The notes beneath the pieces are model-generated. The model was given only the letters and a program-made list of their open reading frames with translations, was not told the DNA's origin and did no database searches. A stretch of 64,000 nt of DNA. It comes from Candidatus Woesearchaeota archaeon (lineage in GTDB: Archaea > Nanobdellota > Nanobdellia > Pacearchaeales > GW2011-AR1). Positions 29,401-39,121 of the stretch are shown here, one piece after another. The stretch spans positions 42,130 to 106,129 of the forward strand of contig CAZJPE010000002.1 of the NCBI GenBank assembly GCA_964547875.1, read 5' to 3'. A program made the translations under genes and the position numbers. How positions within the stretch are numbered: the stretch's first letter is position 1; the number at the start of each line of letters is the position of its first letter.

Positions 29401-30795
29401 TTAACTTGATTGAATAGAGGATTGCTTATACTTGTCAAAAACACGACACACATGAAGGGTAAATTCTCTTCCTGCTTCTGTGATTTCAATTGCCTTGTCT
29501 GAATAGCTCAATATTCCATCTTTTGCAAGATCGCCTAATTGTTCTATTTCTCTATTGAAATATTCGGGAAACTTGATATTGTAGGCTTTTTCTATAGTTG
29601 CGTAATCAACAGAGAAATAATTGCGCAATTTGCGTATAATATCTCTTCTAATTATATCGTCTTGGCTTAGTTTGTGCCCTCTGAAAACTGGAAATAAGTC
29701 TTTGTTAACGAGAGATTTATGCGACTCAACTCCATATATATTCTGAAAATAGAAATTTCCAAGCGTAGAGGCGCTATGCGGACCAACGCCTATTACATCC
29801 ACACTTCTTCCTGGCGTTGCGCCGAGTGCATTCCAATGCATTTTGCCTTCTTTTAATGCTTTGCCAATTGCATCTTCTATCTTTGTAAAATGTTCGTATC
29901 CTGCGCGCAAATATCCATTTTCTGTAAGCACTTTAAGCCCTTGCTTGAAAAGATGTTTTCTTTCTCTTGCATCAGGTAGACTATTTGGCCTTCCATTGCG
30001 CCCATCAATCATTATATTTTGATGCTGGGCAAATCTTGGGGCAAAATCCAAATAATTAAAGCAAACTCTATCAGGAGAAAGTTCTATTATTTCCTCAAAT
30101 GTCTTCCTTATACCATCTTCTGTCTGCAGAGGCAGCCCGCATATAATGTCAAAACTAACTCCGTTCTTAAAGAGTTTTCTAATATCTGGAGCAATCAAGC
30201 GCCTTACTAATTCTGATGGCTGCACTCTGTTGACTGCCCTTTGGACATTTATGTCAAAATCCTGCAATCCAAAAGAAACCCTATTAATCCCTTTTTCGTG
30301 ATAGTATTTCATTCTTTCCTCGCTTACAAATCTAGGATCAATTTCTATTGCAAACTCGTCTAAATTTTTTATGTTAGCTATAGGATTGATAGCATCAACT
30401 AAATAATCAAATTCTTCCTCGTCTAAGAACGTTGGCGAGCCTCCGCCAAGATGAACTTCAACAAAATTTGGGTTGATTGAATTTTCCTCAAAGAATTTTC
30501 TATATAAGCTTATTTCATTAGAAAGCGTTTTTAAATAATCTTTTGCCTTGTCGTGGTCTTTTGTAATCTCAAAATGGCATGTGCAAAAAAAACATGGCTT
30601 TGTGCAGTATGGGAAATGCACATATAATGTTAATGGTTCATCTTTTTGAATGCCGGATAATTGGCTTAGGGCTTCTTTAATATCTTTCTGGCTAAACTTT
30701 TCTGACCAAAAACTTTTATGAGGATATTCAATATACATGAACTCCTTAGAATTATGCTTTTCAACTAATGCATCTATTGTTTGATTTGGTTCCAT
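29401..30795 (-). CDS. HemN-family radical SAM protein
   Basis: YVHFPYCTKPCFFCTC, HLGGGSPT, IEIDPR, NRVSFGLQDF, GLPLQT, C-terminal HemN domain; HemN substrate motifs diverged. Confidence 0.88.
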   Translation of the reverse strand: MEPNQTIDALVEKHNSKEFMYIEYPHKSFWSEKFSQKDIKEALSQLSGIQKDEPLTLYVHFPYCTKPCFFCTCHFEITKDHDKAKDYLKTLSNEISLYRKFFEENSINPNFVEVHLGGGSPTFLDEEEFDYLVDAINPIANIKNLDEFAIEIDPRFVSEERMKYYHEKGINRVSFGLQDFDINVQRAVNRVQPSELVRRLIAPDIRKLFKNGVSFDIICGLPLQTEDGIRKTFEEIIELSPDRVCFNYLDFAPRFAQHQNIMIDGRNGRPNSLPDARERKHLFKQGLKVLTENGYLRAGYEHFTKIEDAIGKALKEGKMHWNALGATPGRSVDVIGVGPHSASTLGNFYFQNIYGVESHKSLVNKDLFPVFRGHKLSQDDIIRRDIIRKLRNYFSVDYATIEKAYNIKFPEYFNREIEQLGDLAKDGILSYSDKAIEITEAGREFTLHVCRVFDKYKQSSIQSS

Positions 30796-30871
30796 CTTTT
30801 CTTTCGTTAAATTGCAATTTTAATTGAATATATAAATTTTGTGATGTTTAACTTGTTTAAAGAAGTATGCT

Positions 30872-32197
30872 TTATAATGTGGCAAGATTATTCTCCTTTA
30901 ATCTTTTCTGCAATTCCATATAGTTCTCAATTATCTCTTTCTCTGAAAAACTTCTGTCCCATGGAGTCTGTTTTGCATACCTAAATGTAAGATTTGGCGT
31001 TTCATTGCTATACCTACCAATCATGTGCATTGTTTTATTCCAGTCTGTATTTATCCACTCTATGCCAAATCTCTCTGGATGCTCATAGACCTCTGTTCCA
31101 GGCCTTAGAGTAAATAAAGAGAGATAAACCATTTCAGGACTTGTCTCTTCAATAAACTGCCATGTCTTTTCAACTATGTTTTCGGGCTCTGCAGGAAGCC
31201 CCATTATCAAATAAAGCCTTGTTTCAATTCCGCTCTCTTTCAGATGCCTAATTGCTAATTTTGATTCTTCAACATTTATTTTTTTATTTATTAAATCCAA
31301 AGATTTTTGCGAAACACTTTCTACGCCCATGCCTAAGGATACACATCCTGATTCTTTTGCCAGTCTTGCTAATTCAGGAGTTATTCCATCAACTCTGCAC
31401 TGCCCCCGCCATTTTATTCCTGTGCTGGCGATTGCTTCCAAATGTGATATTGCTCTTAAAAGGTTGAGTGGAATACTTATTTCATCAGACATGCTTATCG
31501 CGCGAATACCATATTCTCTTTTTAGATACTCTATTTCTTCGCTTATAAATTCAGGCCTTCTAAATCTAATTCCTGGCGCATAATCTCTCATTTGAGGAAC
31601 TGCGCAAAAAGAACAATTATACGGGCAACCCCTGCTAAATACAGTTGTTGTGCTCAGCAATTCGCCATAATCCTTATTATGCCTTGAATTCAAGAGACCT
31701 TTTCTAGCAACTGAAGATTGAGGGATATACTTTCTCAATGGAAATGGATAATCGTTTATATCCGTCTTTTCTTCCTGATGATAAACTTTCTTCATGCCAG
31801 AACCATTAAAATCCTGCAATGCTTTTATTATTGATTCTTCTCCTTCTCCAAGAATAATTGAATCAAAATTTTCTTGAGATTCTTTTGGGAATAAATTGAC
31901 ATGATAGCCTCCAGCTATGTGCTTTGCCTTCGGATATCTTTCTCTCAGCGCTTTTACTAATTGATTTTGCTCATCCCAATCAAGAGTATAAACTGAATGA
32001 AGGTATATGTCACATTCTGGAATATGCTTCAAAGTGAATTCTTTTTTTATTCCGCGTAAGTCAATCAATTGCGCGTTTACTTTATTTTCCAATCTTGATT
32101 CTATTATGGTAAGCAAATGAAAATGCGCATGCGGATCTCCTTTGAACGGATCAAATAGATAATCGCTTGTTGGATTAATGAATCCTAATTCCAGCAT
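30872..32197 (-). CDS. B12-binding-domain radical SAM protein
   Basis: AGGYH, GEGE, SRGCPYNCSFC, GVES, IMGLP motifs. Confidence 0.9.
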   Translation of the reverse strand: MLELGFINPTSDYLFDPFKGDPHAHFHLLTIIESRLENKVNAQLIDLRGIKKEFTLKHIPECDIYLHSVYTLDWDEQNQLVKALRERYPKAKHIAGGYHVNLFPKESQENFDSIILGEGEESIIKALQDFNGSGMKKVYHQEEKTDINDYPFPLRKYIPQSSVARKGLLNSRHNKDYGELLSTTTVFSRGCPYNCSFCAVPQMRDYAPGIRFRRPEFISEEIEYLKREYGIRAISMSDEISIPLNLLRAISHLEAIASTGIKWRGQCRVDGITPELARLAKESGCVSLGMGVESVSQKSLDLINKKINVEESKLAIRHLKESGIETRLYLIMGLPAEPENIVEKTWQFIEETSPEMVYLSLFTLRPGTEVYEHPERFGIEWINTDWNKTMHMIGRYSNETPNLTFRYAKQTPWDRSFSEKEIIENYMELQKRLKENNLATL

Positions 32198-32226
32198 GAT
32201 TATAATTAAATTATTTAGTTTATAAA

Positions 32227-33174
32227 TTATTCTGAAAGAACATTTGTTTTATACCAATCCATTGTCTTTCTTATTCCTTCATCTAACGATACTTGTGGCT
32301 TCCAATTAAAACATTCCTTTGCTTTTGATGAATCAAGAGCAAGATTTGTCTTAATTGTCGGCTTTGATATGTCATATTCAATTCTTATTTTTTTTCCTGA
32401 AAATCTTATTATCTTTTTTACTAATTCTTCTATGGATGTATAACTGCCAGAGCCAACATTGAACAATTCAAATGGAGAATCTTGCTTATCTATGGCTAAT
32501 TCTATTAATTTAACTAAATCTGAAACATGCAATAAATCCCTTTTTTCCTCTCCTGTGCCCCAGACTTTTATTGCGCTGCCCTCTTCTGCTTTCATCACTT
32601 TTGTTATTGACGCGCCAAAAACATGGGATCTTTCCAAGTCAAATTTATCATAAGGGCCGTAAATATTGGATTGGCGTAAAATAGTATGCTTTGTTCTTCC
32701 TTGTTTGGAAAAGAACTCGCACATTCTCTCTATGTATAATTTTGTATTTGCAGAGCCAAAATAAACTGGATGTATGTCAACCTTATCTGTTTCTTTTATT
32801 AGAGTATCTGATGAAGGGTAAACAGTAGATGAGCTTGGAAAAATAAAATGTTTTACATGATTATCAAATGCTGCCCTTAAAAGAAGGGAATTAATTATTG
32901 CATTATCTGTTATATGAATATGCGGAGATGTGAAAATCTTTCCAGCTCCGCTTGTGTTGGCTGCCATTTGCACTATAACATCTTTGTTTTTAGTAACGCG
33001 CTCAACATCCTCTTTATTTGTTAAATCTGCCTTGATTAACTCAATCTCCATATAAGGACAAGAATTGAGATAAGTTCCGCATATTTCATAATCTTCTCTT
33101 TGAGAGAGATATTCAGCTACATTTCTTCCTATAAATCCTGTTGCGCCGCAGACTAAAATTTTTTTCTTATTCAT
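32227..33174 (-). CDS. GDP-fucose-synthase-like extended SDR (NDP-sugar epimerase/reductase)
   Basis: GATGFIG, SSSTVYP, NIYGPYDKF, SHV, VWGTGEEKRD motifs. Confidence 0.85.
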   Translation of the reverse strand: MNKKKILVCGATGFIGRNVAEYLSQREDYEICGTYLNSCPYMEIELIKADLTNKEDVERVTKNKDVIVQMAANTSGAGKIFTSPHIHITDNAIINSLLLRAAFDNHVKHFIFPSSSTVYPSSDTLIKETDKVDIHPVYFGSANTKLYIERMCEFFSKQGRTKHTILRQSNIYGPYDKFDLERSHVFGASITKVMKAEEGSAIKVWGTGEEKRDLLHVSDLVKLIELAIDKQDSPFELFNVGSGSYTSIEELVKKIIRFSGKKIRIEYDISKPTIKTNLALDSSKAKECFNWKPQVSLDEGIRKTMDWYKTNVLSE

Positions 33175-33886
33175 TTTTTAGTTCTATTATACTATATTTA
33201 GTAGCATCTTTCATGCGAAATCTTTCTGGACGGCCTTCAAAAATAATGTTTTCAATAGCAGGATTACGACATGCTTTATAAATTCTTGCTGCAATATCAT
33301 GACGATTCATTCCATATTCATGCTCTGGTTTTGTCTTTACTCTTGTTAGATAAATCCCGATTAAATTGATATTATAATCTCTAGCCTCTGTCCTTAAGCT
33401 ATCTGTAAAACCGCGCAATCCACATTTTGCAGCAGATGAAACGCTTCTTGATTTTTTCGGTTCTATCGCAGTAATAGAATTAATATTCACTATAGTGCCT
33501 TTATTTTTTGCTTGAAACAAAGGATAAACCATTTGCGTTAGTCTTATAGGGGCATAAAGACTGACTCTTATTAAATCGTCAAAATCTTCATTGCTAATTT
33601 TCTCAAATGGGACACCTGGGCAACGCTTCGCAGCATTATTAATTAATATGCTTATATTCTTCTCTTTTGCAATTGTATATAAGTCATCAAGTGTGCTGTT
33701 ACTTCGCAAATCGCCTTTAATGCAATAGCAATCCATTCCTTTTTCTAATATTTTTTTTGATACTTTTTCCAGTTCAGATTCTTTTCTTGCGTGAATAATA
33801 ATATTATAATTATTATTAGAAAATTCTAGAGCAATGGCCTCTCCTATTCCATTGCCAGAGCCTGTAATCAGAATTGTTTCTCTCAT
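33167..33886 (-). CDS. Classical short-chain dehydrogenase/reductase
   Basis: TGSGNGIG, LINNAA, IVNINS motifs; YxxxK reads SSAAK. Confidence 0.85.
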   Translation of the reverse strand: MRETILITGSGNGIGEAIALEFSNNNYNIIIHARKESELEKVSKKILEKGMDCYCIKGDLRSNSTLDDLYTIAKEKNISILINNAAKRCPGVPFEKISNEDFDDLIRVSLYAPIRLTQMVYPLFQAKNKGTIVNINSITAIEPKKSRSVSSAAKCGLRGFTDSLRTEARDYNINLIGIYLTRVKTKPEHEYGMNRHDIAARIYKACRNPAIENIIFEGRPERFRMKDATKYSIIELKNE

Positions 33887-33937
33887 TTTATTGACTTAAA
33901 ATCTACTTTTATAAGCATTTATGTAGTAAATTTTAAA

Positions 33938-35770
33938 TTAAGAAGCCTTAAGAAGATCATATAATCCCAAACTATTAAACCGCGTTGACCAAAATTCTGA
34001 TTCATTTATATATTTTTCTGCTAGATTTCTATTTATCCTGGCTTTTTCTTTCTTGCCAAGTTTTTCTCTTATAATTGCAAGATATAAATTCCCCAAAGGA
34101 TTATCTTCGCTTCTTTTTTCGCATATTTCTTCTAGCCATTTTTCTTGCAATGCCAGCTTTATTGGATGGCTCTCATTAGCAAGATTTTGATAATTTATGT
34201 AGTAATCTGTAAGAAACCAAATATCTTTCAATTCAGCTCTTGTTGGAACATATTCTCTCGGCTTGTCTAGAAGAATATTGAAGAATCCTACGGAAGAAGT
34301 TTTTCTCTTTTTCTCGTACTCTCTCGCCGCAACATTTCCAAAACCATACATGAATCTGCTTTGTGAAGATTCTTCTACAATGCTGCCTGTTTCCATCTGC
34401 TCGGCCTCTTTTATTTTTCTTGCCATGTCTGTTTGAGGAATTGGAAGAGCCACATGGATGCTATACCAATCAAGGTGCATTTTATTAGCCAATCCTATTG
34501 TGTTCCATATTTGGCCTAATGTCTCTCCAGGATAGCCTATAATCAAAAATCCCTTTGAGAAAATATTTGGATGATATTCTCTCATTATTTGGGCAGCCTC
34601 TACATACTTGTGTATGTTTCCTGGCTTTCGCATCTCGTGCAAAATTTTTGGATCTCCCGATTCAAGTCCAAAGCTCATTCCAATACATCCAGAAGCTTCT
34701 GCAAGTTGCGCCACATCTCTGTTAAGAAATGCCGCAATAACTCCGTTTGAAGCATCCCATGTCACTCCCAAATTTCTTTTTGCCATTTCTTCAAATAGCT
34801 TTTTTACATGTCTCGTATCTGAAATTAAATCGTCGTCCAACCATACTAGATGTTTTACTCCGTATTTGTCTCTCAAGTCCTCTATTTCGCCTATTACGCT
34901 TTCTATTGATCTACGGCGCACGCCTTTCCCATTAAATTCTCTCACAGAGCAGAAATCGCAATGCGCGATACATCCTCTTGTTGACGATATAGTGCTGCAT
35001 CTTATGTCCTCGCCGCGTATCCATCTTCCGTATACTCCGATCTTTCCTATTCTTGAATAATCTCCAATAGGCAAATTCTGCCAATTTGGATACTTGCTTA
35101 TTATTTCCTCAGAAGGCGTATCTCGTTTATCAAGCGAGACGAAATTGTTATCTATTAATGTCGCGAGTTGCGATAATCTGCTCGCGTCAACTTTTTTGTT
35201 TATAAAATCTATCATGTCAGGAAAACTATTATCTGATTCAAAAAGCGAGACAAAATCTATGCTTCCTTTTGAATTGCGAAGTGTTTCTTCTGCTGCCAGA
35301 GCAGGATAACCGCCGCCCGTAATTACTGGTATTTTTGGATTGTATTGCTTGACATAATCTGCCAATGCTTTTACTTCTGGATAATTCATTGTAAACATGC
35401 AGGATATTCCAACCAAGTCTGGCTTGAATTTATCAAGTCTTTCATGAAAAATTCCTTCCCATATTGTATTAAAATTAAATTCTCCATTTGAGTCGTAAGC
35501 CTCTCTTAATACTTCATAATTCATGTCCAGCAATTTTGTTTGATAGCCTCTTTCTTCCAGCGCCCTAGATAAAAGGGCTATATTATACGGCTGATAGCAT
35601 GGATAGTTTCCTATCTTTGCGATTTTGACATCAAAAACATCTCTTGTCGTTTGAGGGGGATTAACTAAAAGGATTTTCCTAACGCTATTTGGAAATTTCT
35701 CACTAAGCTCGCGAGTAATTTTCTCTTTTGCTGAATAATCTGTTTTGTTAAGCAGTTTTAGTTCTAGCAT
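33938..35770 (-). CDS. B12-binding-domain radical SAM protein
   Basis: LLVNPP, PDLVGISCMF, TGGGYP, STRGCIAHCDFC, GLESG, IIGYPGET motifs. Confidence 0.9.
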   Translation of the reverse strand: MLELKLLNKTDYSAKEKITRELSEKFPNSVRKILLVNPPQTTRDVFDVKIAKIGNYPCYQPYNIALLSRALEERGYQTKLLDMNYEVLREAYDSNGEFNFNTIWEGIFHERLDKFKPDLVGISCMFTMNYPEVKALADYVKQYNPKIPVITGGGYPALAAEETLRNSKGSIDFVSLFESDNSFPDMIDFINKKVDASRLSQLATLIDNNFVSLDKRDTPSEEIISKYPNWQNLPIGDYSRIGKIGVYGRWIRGEDIRCSTISSTRGCIAHCDFCSVREFNGKGVRRRSIESVIGEIEDLRDKYGVKHLVWLDDDLISDTRHVKKLFEEMAKRNLGVTWDASNGVIAAFLNRDVAQLAEASGCIGMSFGLESGDPKILHEMRKPGNIHKYVEAAQIMREYHPNIFSKGFLIIGYPGETLGQIWNTIGLANKMHLDWYSIHVALPIPQTDMARKIKEAEQMETGSIVEESSQSRFMYGFGNVAAREYEKKRKTSSVGFFNILLDKPREYVPTRAELKDIWFLTDYYINYQNLANESHPIKLALQEKWLEEICEKRSEDNPLGNLYLAIIREKLGKKEKARINRNLAEKYINESEFWSTRFNSLGLYDLLKAS

Positions 35771-35815
35771 CTTTTTTCTCCTTAATTTAGATATATGTTT
35801 TATTTAAATCTCTTT

Positions 35816-38002
35816 CTATACTAATTGTTTCGCTTTAATAGGCGCGCATGAATATATATAATCTCCCTTTTTGTTTCCCCACCAAATTACTCTTCTTGCC
35901 CAATCTTCCCACGAATCCCATTTGTCATTGGTTCTGTTTATCGCATAATTAAATTCTCCTTTTTCTATCTGGATTTTTTCTGCTACTAAGCCTGCCTTGT
36001 AAATATCTAAAACATTATAATTCAGAGTTATTATTTTATCTTGTGTATTGAAAGGCATTTTAAGCAACTCTTTATTGAAACGGATAGCATCTGATAGGAC
36101 CGAGTTCTCCTTATAGCCTTTTTTTTCTAAAAGATATTCTAAATTTGCCTGGGCTTCTTTGTAGAACGCATCAAGTTCTCTTTCTGTTGCAAGCTTGATT
36201 AAAGCATACTCATCTGCTGGCCACCATATATTCAGCCATCTTTTGGAATGAATATATTCTGCTCCTCCATTTTGAAGATTTCTGGCATGCCCGGAAAATA
36301 AATCGCTAATCTCTTGCGTAATCGGAGTTTTTCTTGGATTTTCTATAAAAGTGTCTGCTATTTCCTTGTAGCTGATTCCATATTGCGTATTCAACAAAAT
36401 GTTTGGGAGTTGTAAGAGCTTGTCAAAATGCAAAAAAGCGAGCATATAACCAAAGTTTCTCGCCTTAACCCAATCTTCTCTGGGCATTGTGTTAGTTCCT
36501 ACAACTAATTGCTGTTTTTCATAGATATTATCTGCCCATTCTCCCAAACTTCCATGAATATTTATCATGTCAGATTCTGCTATTTCTATTCCATATTTTT
36601 CAATATCCTCTGTCATGGGCGCATTTGGAAGTATTGATAAATTGTTGAATTGTATCCTATTATGCTGACCATTTTCTATGAGAGTTGAGACTCCTCTTGT
36701 AAAAGTTTCATATGTTTCCAAAGGCAGTCCTAATATAATATCTGAAAATGTCGTAACTCCTTCTGTTGTAAACCTTTTTTGCAACTCGTGATATGTTGAA
36801 AGTTTTATATTGCCTCTTTTTATAGCTCTAAGAGTTGGTTCATGAAGAGATTGAAAAGCTAAAAGGACGCCTTTATCCAGACCGCTATCATTAAGCACTT
36901 TCTGAATTCCATATGACACCTCTGTTGAGTTTTTGGTATTTTGTACAGAAAATCTATGCGGATAGCCATAATTTCTTTTATTTTCTGCAAAACGTTTCGC
37001 AATAGCTAAATCCCTTTCTTTGTACAGACCAAAATTAGCATCGCAACAATAGACAAATTCTATCTTATTTCTGCTAAACCAATCTATCTCTTTGAATATC
37101 CTGTTTTCCAAATCGTAATCTGCCATTCTCTTTGTTGATGCAATTCCCCAATCACAGAAACTACACTCAAATGGGCAGCCCCTATTTGTTTCAAAAAGAG
37201 CATTCCACTGTTGATCAGGATTTGATTTAATTAATTCATCGAAATATCCTGTTAAATAAGGAGAAGGAATTGTATTCAGATCCTCAACCCTTTGTTTTTT
37301 TAGGCTTTCTATAATCGGATCCAGTTCTCGCCGTTTTTTAAGAAATTCATCTGTGCTTAGATTTTTGACATGGGTTACATATAGTTTTTTTAAATCTTCT
37401 GGGCTTTGTTCTTCAAGATATTCTGCACTATATATTTTTTTTAGGTATTCCTTGTACTTATTTAACAAATCTTGCATACTTAACCCTTCATTTGTATAGA
37501 CAAACCTTTTCTTTTCATCTAAAAATGCCAAGGAGGGTACAGCTTCCCAATTGCCTGAAGGATAATTTTCCAAGAAGGATTTGAAAGGCCTTTCTCCTTC
37601 TCCAGGGGAGGCGAAATCAACAAAAGGATATTTTCTTAGAAGAGCTTCCAAACCTTTTTCTTTAGTATCGGGAACGTGGCATCCGCCAAAAAGAATAATT
37701 GCATTTGGATTCTCTTCTTTTATTCCTTTTGCTATTGCCTTTGAAATCTCAAAATTCCAGACATAAGTGCTGAAACAGGCGATATTGGAGCCAGATAAAT
37801 GCTCAACTGCTTTTTCAATTGATATTCTTTTATAAATTGGACTTGAGAATTCAAAATCATCAAAATTCCTTGCATGTCTCTGCGCATAAGAATGCAAGAA
37901 TCCCAACGAGAGCGGCAGATAATCCTGTCTATCAAAGCTATTATTAATCTGCACCATACCCACTTTTATCTTTCTCTTTTTCTCTTTTTGCATTGTTTCC
38001 AT
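35816..38002 (-). CDS. B12-binding-domain radical SAM protein
   Basis: LPLSLG, FSTYVWN, FGGCH, GEGE, ETNRGCPFECSFCDWG, DANFG, ILGLPLET motifs. Confidence 0.9.
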   Translation of the reverse strand: METMQKEKKRKIKVGMVQINNSFDRQDYLPLSLGFLHSYAQRHARNFDDFEFSSPIYKRISIEKAVEHLSGSNIACFSTYVWNFEISKAIAKGIKEENPNAIILFGGCHVPDTKEKGLEALLRKYPFVDFASPGEGERPFKSFLENYPSGNWEAVPSLAFLDEKKRFVYTNEGLSMQDLLNKYKEYLKKIYSAEYLEEQSPEDLKKLYVTHVKNLSTDEFLKKRRELDPIIESLKKQRVEDLNTIPSPYLTGYFDELIKSNPDQQWNALFETNRGCPFECSFCDWGIASTKRMADYDLENRIFKEIDWFSRNKIEFVYCCDANFGLYKERDLAIAKRFAENKRNYGYPHRFSVQNTKNSTEVSYGIQKVLNDSGLDKGVLLAFQSLHEPTLRAIKRGNIKLSTYHELQKRFTTEGVTTFSDIILGLPLETYETFTRGVSTLIENGQHNRIQFNNLSILPNAPMTEDIEKYGIEIAESDMINIHGSLGEWADNIYEKQQLVVGTNTMPREDWVKARNFGYMLAFLHFDKLLQLPNILLNTQYGISYKEIADTFIENPRKTPITQEISDLFSGHARNLQNGGAEYIHSKRWLNIWWPADEYALIKLATERELDAFYKEAQANLEYLLEKKGYKENSVLSDAIRFNKELLKMPFNTQDKIITLNYNVLDIYKAGLVAEKIQIEKGEFNYAINRTNDKWDSWEDWARRVIWWGNKKGDYIYSCAPIKAKQLV

Positions 38003-38035
38003 GATAATTTTTCATGTTATGCCTTGTTTATATAA

Positions 38036-39022
38036 TTATTGCTTAAAAATATCGTATCTTTTAGTTAATATCTCTTTATTTTCGTTATACCATGCCATTG
38101 TTTTTTTTATTCCTTGTTCTAAGGAAACTTGAGGATTAAATCCAAGAGCGAGAGCGCGGGAAATATTCATTGTTCTTATTTTATCGCCATAATTTTTAGA
38201 AGTTTCGTATACAATTTTAGGCAACTTATCCGAATTATTTATTATTATTTCCAATGCTTGCTTTATTGTTTGTTTATTGCCAGAACCTAAATTTACCGGA
38301 TTTTCAGGCCCTGGATTTTTTTCCATGACAAGCATCATTCCTCTTGCTACATCGTCCGTATAAACGAAATCCCTTATTTGAGAGCCGTCTCCCCAAACAA
38401 CAATTGGATTTTCTCCATTAAGAATTTTCCTAATTAATGAAGGAATAACCATTGCACTATCTTGAGCAAAGTTATCATAGGGGCCATAAGTATTTGAAGG
38501 ACGGACAATTGATATCTTGCCCCAGTTATATTCAATTTTACATGCTCTTGCCTGGGCTTCTCCAACTCGCTTTGCTAATCCTGTATAAAAATCATTTTCA
38601 GAAAGAGGTATTCTTAATACATCAATTGAATCGTCATAAATCTCTGATGAAGAATAAACTGCATAGCTGCTTGCAAATAAATATCTTTCAACATCTGATT
38701 CTCGCGCTGCTTTTAGAAGATTTGTATTAAACAAGAGCATAGGCTCTAAAAAGCTTAATGGTTTTTCTTTGTTTATTTTAGGAGAACCTTTAATGCATAA
38801 TAGATTAAATACATAATCAATATTTCTACATGCTTTAAGGCAATTTTCATATTTTATTAAGTCCAGATGTAAAAATTCTGCTTCTGGATGGGCTCTTGAT
38901 TTGTCGTCAAGAGATGCTATTCTAACTTCAGCTTCTTCTTTTATTAGATTTTTTACTAGAGGGATGCCTATTAAGCCAGTGCCTCCTGCAACTAAGACTC
39001 TTTTATTTTTGTAGAAGCCCAT
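38036..39022 (-). CDS. GDP-fucose-synthase-like extended SDR (NDP-sugar epimerase/reductase)
   Basis: GGTGLIG, RPSNTYGPYDNF, VIPSLI, VWGDGSQIRDF motifs. Confidence 0.85.
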   Translation of the reverse strand: MGFYKNKRVLVAGGTGLIGIPLVKNLIKEEAEVRIASLDDKSRAHPEAEFLHLDLIKYENCLKACRNIDYVFNLLCIKGSPKINKEKPLSFLEPMLLFNTNLLKAARESDVERYLFASSYAVYSSSEIYDDSIDVLRIPLSENDFYTGLAKRVGEAQARACKIEYNWGKISIVRPSNTYGPYDNFAQDSAMVIPSLIRKILNGENPIVVWGDGSQIRDFVYTDDVARGMMLVMEKNPGPENPVNLGSGNKQTIKQALEIIINNSDKLPKIVYETSKNYGDKIRTMNISRALALGFNPQVSLEQGIKKTMAWYNENKEILTKRYDIFKQ

Positions 39023-39121
39023 GGTTTATGCATCTTTTTATATCTTATAAATATTGCTACATAATTTCTTATGAATTGCTATATCTTTTTAAAAGATATA
39101 ATCTGACAGAAAATAAGTAAA

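Noticed and set aside
29401..30795. Heme biosynthesis (true hemN)
   Set aside because: Substrate-binding motifs are changed and no tetrapyrrole genes are nearby, so the gene symbol was withheld
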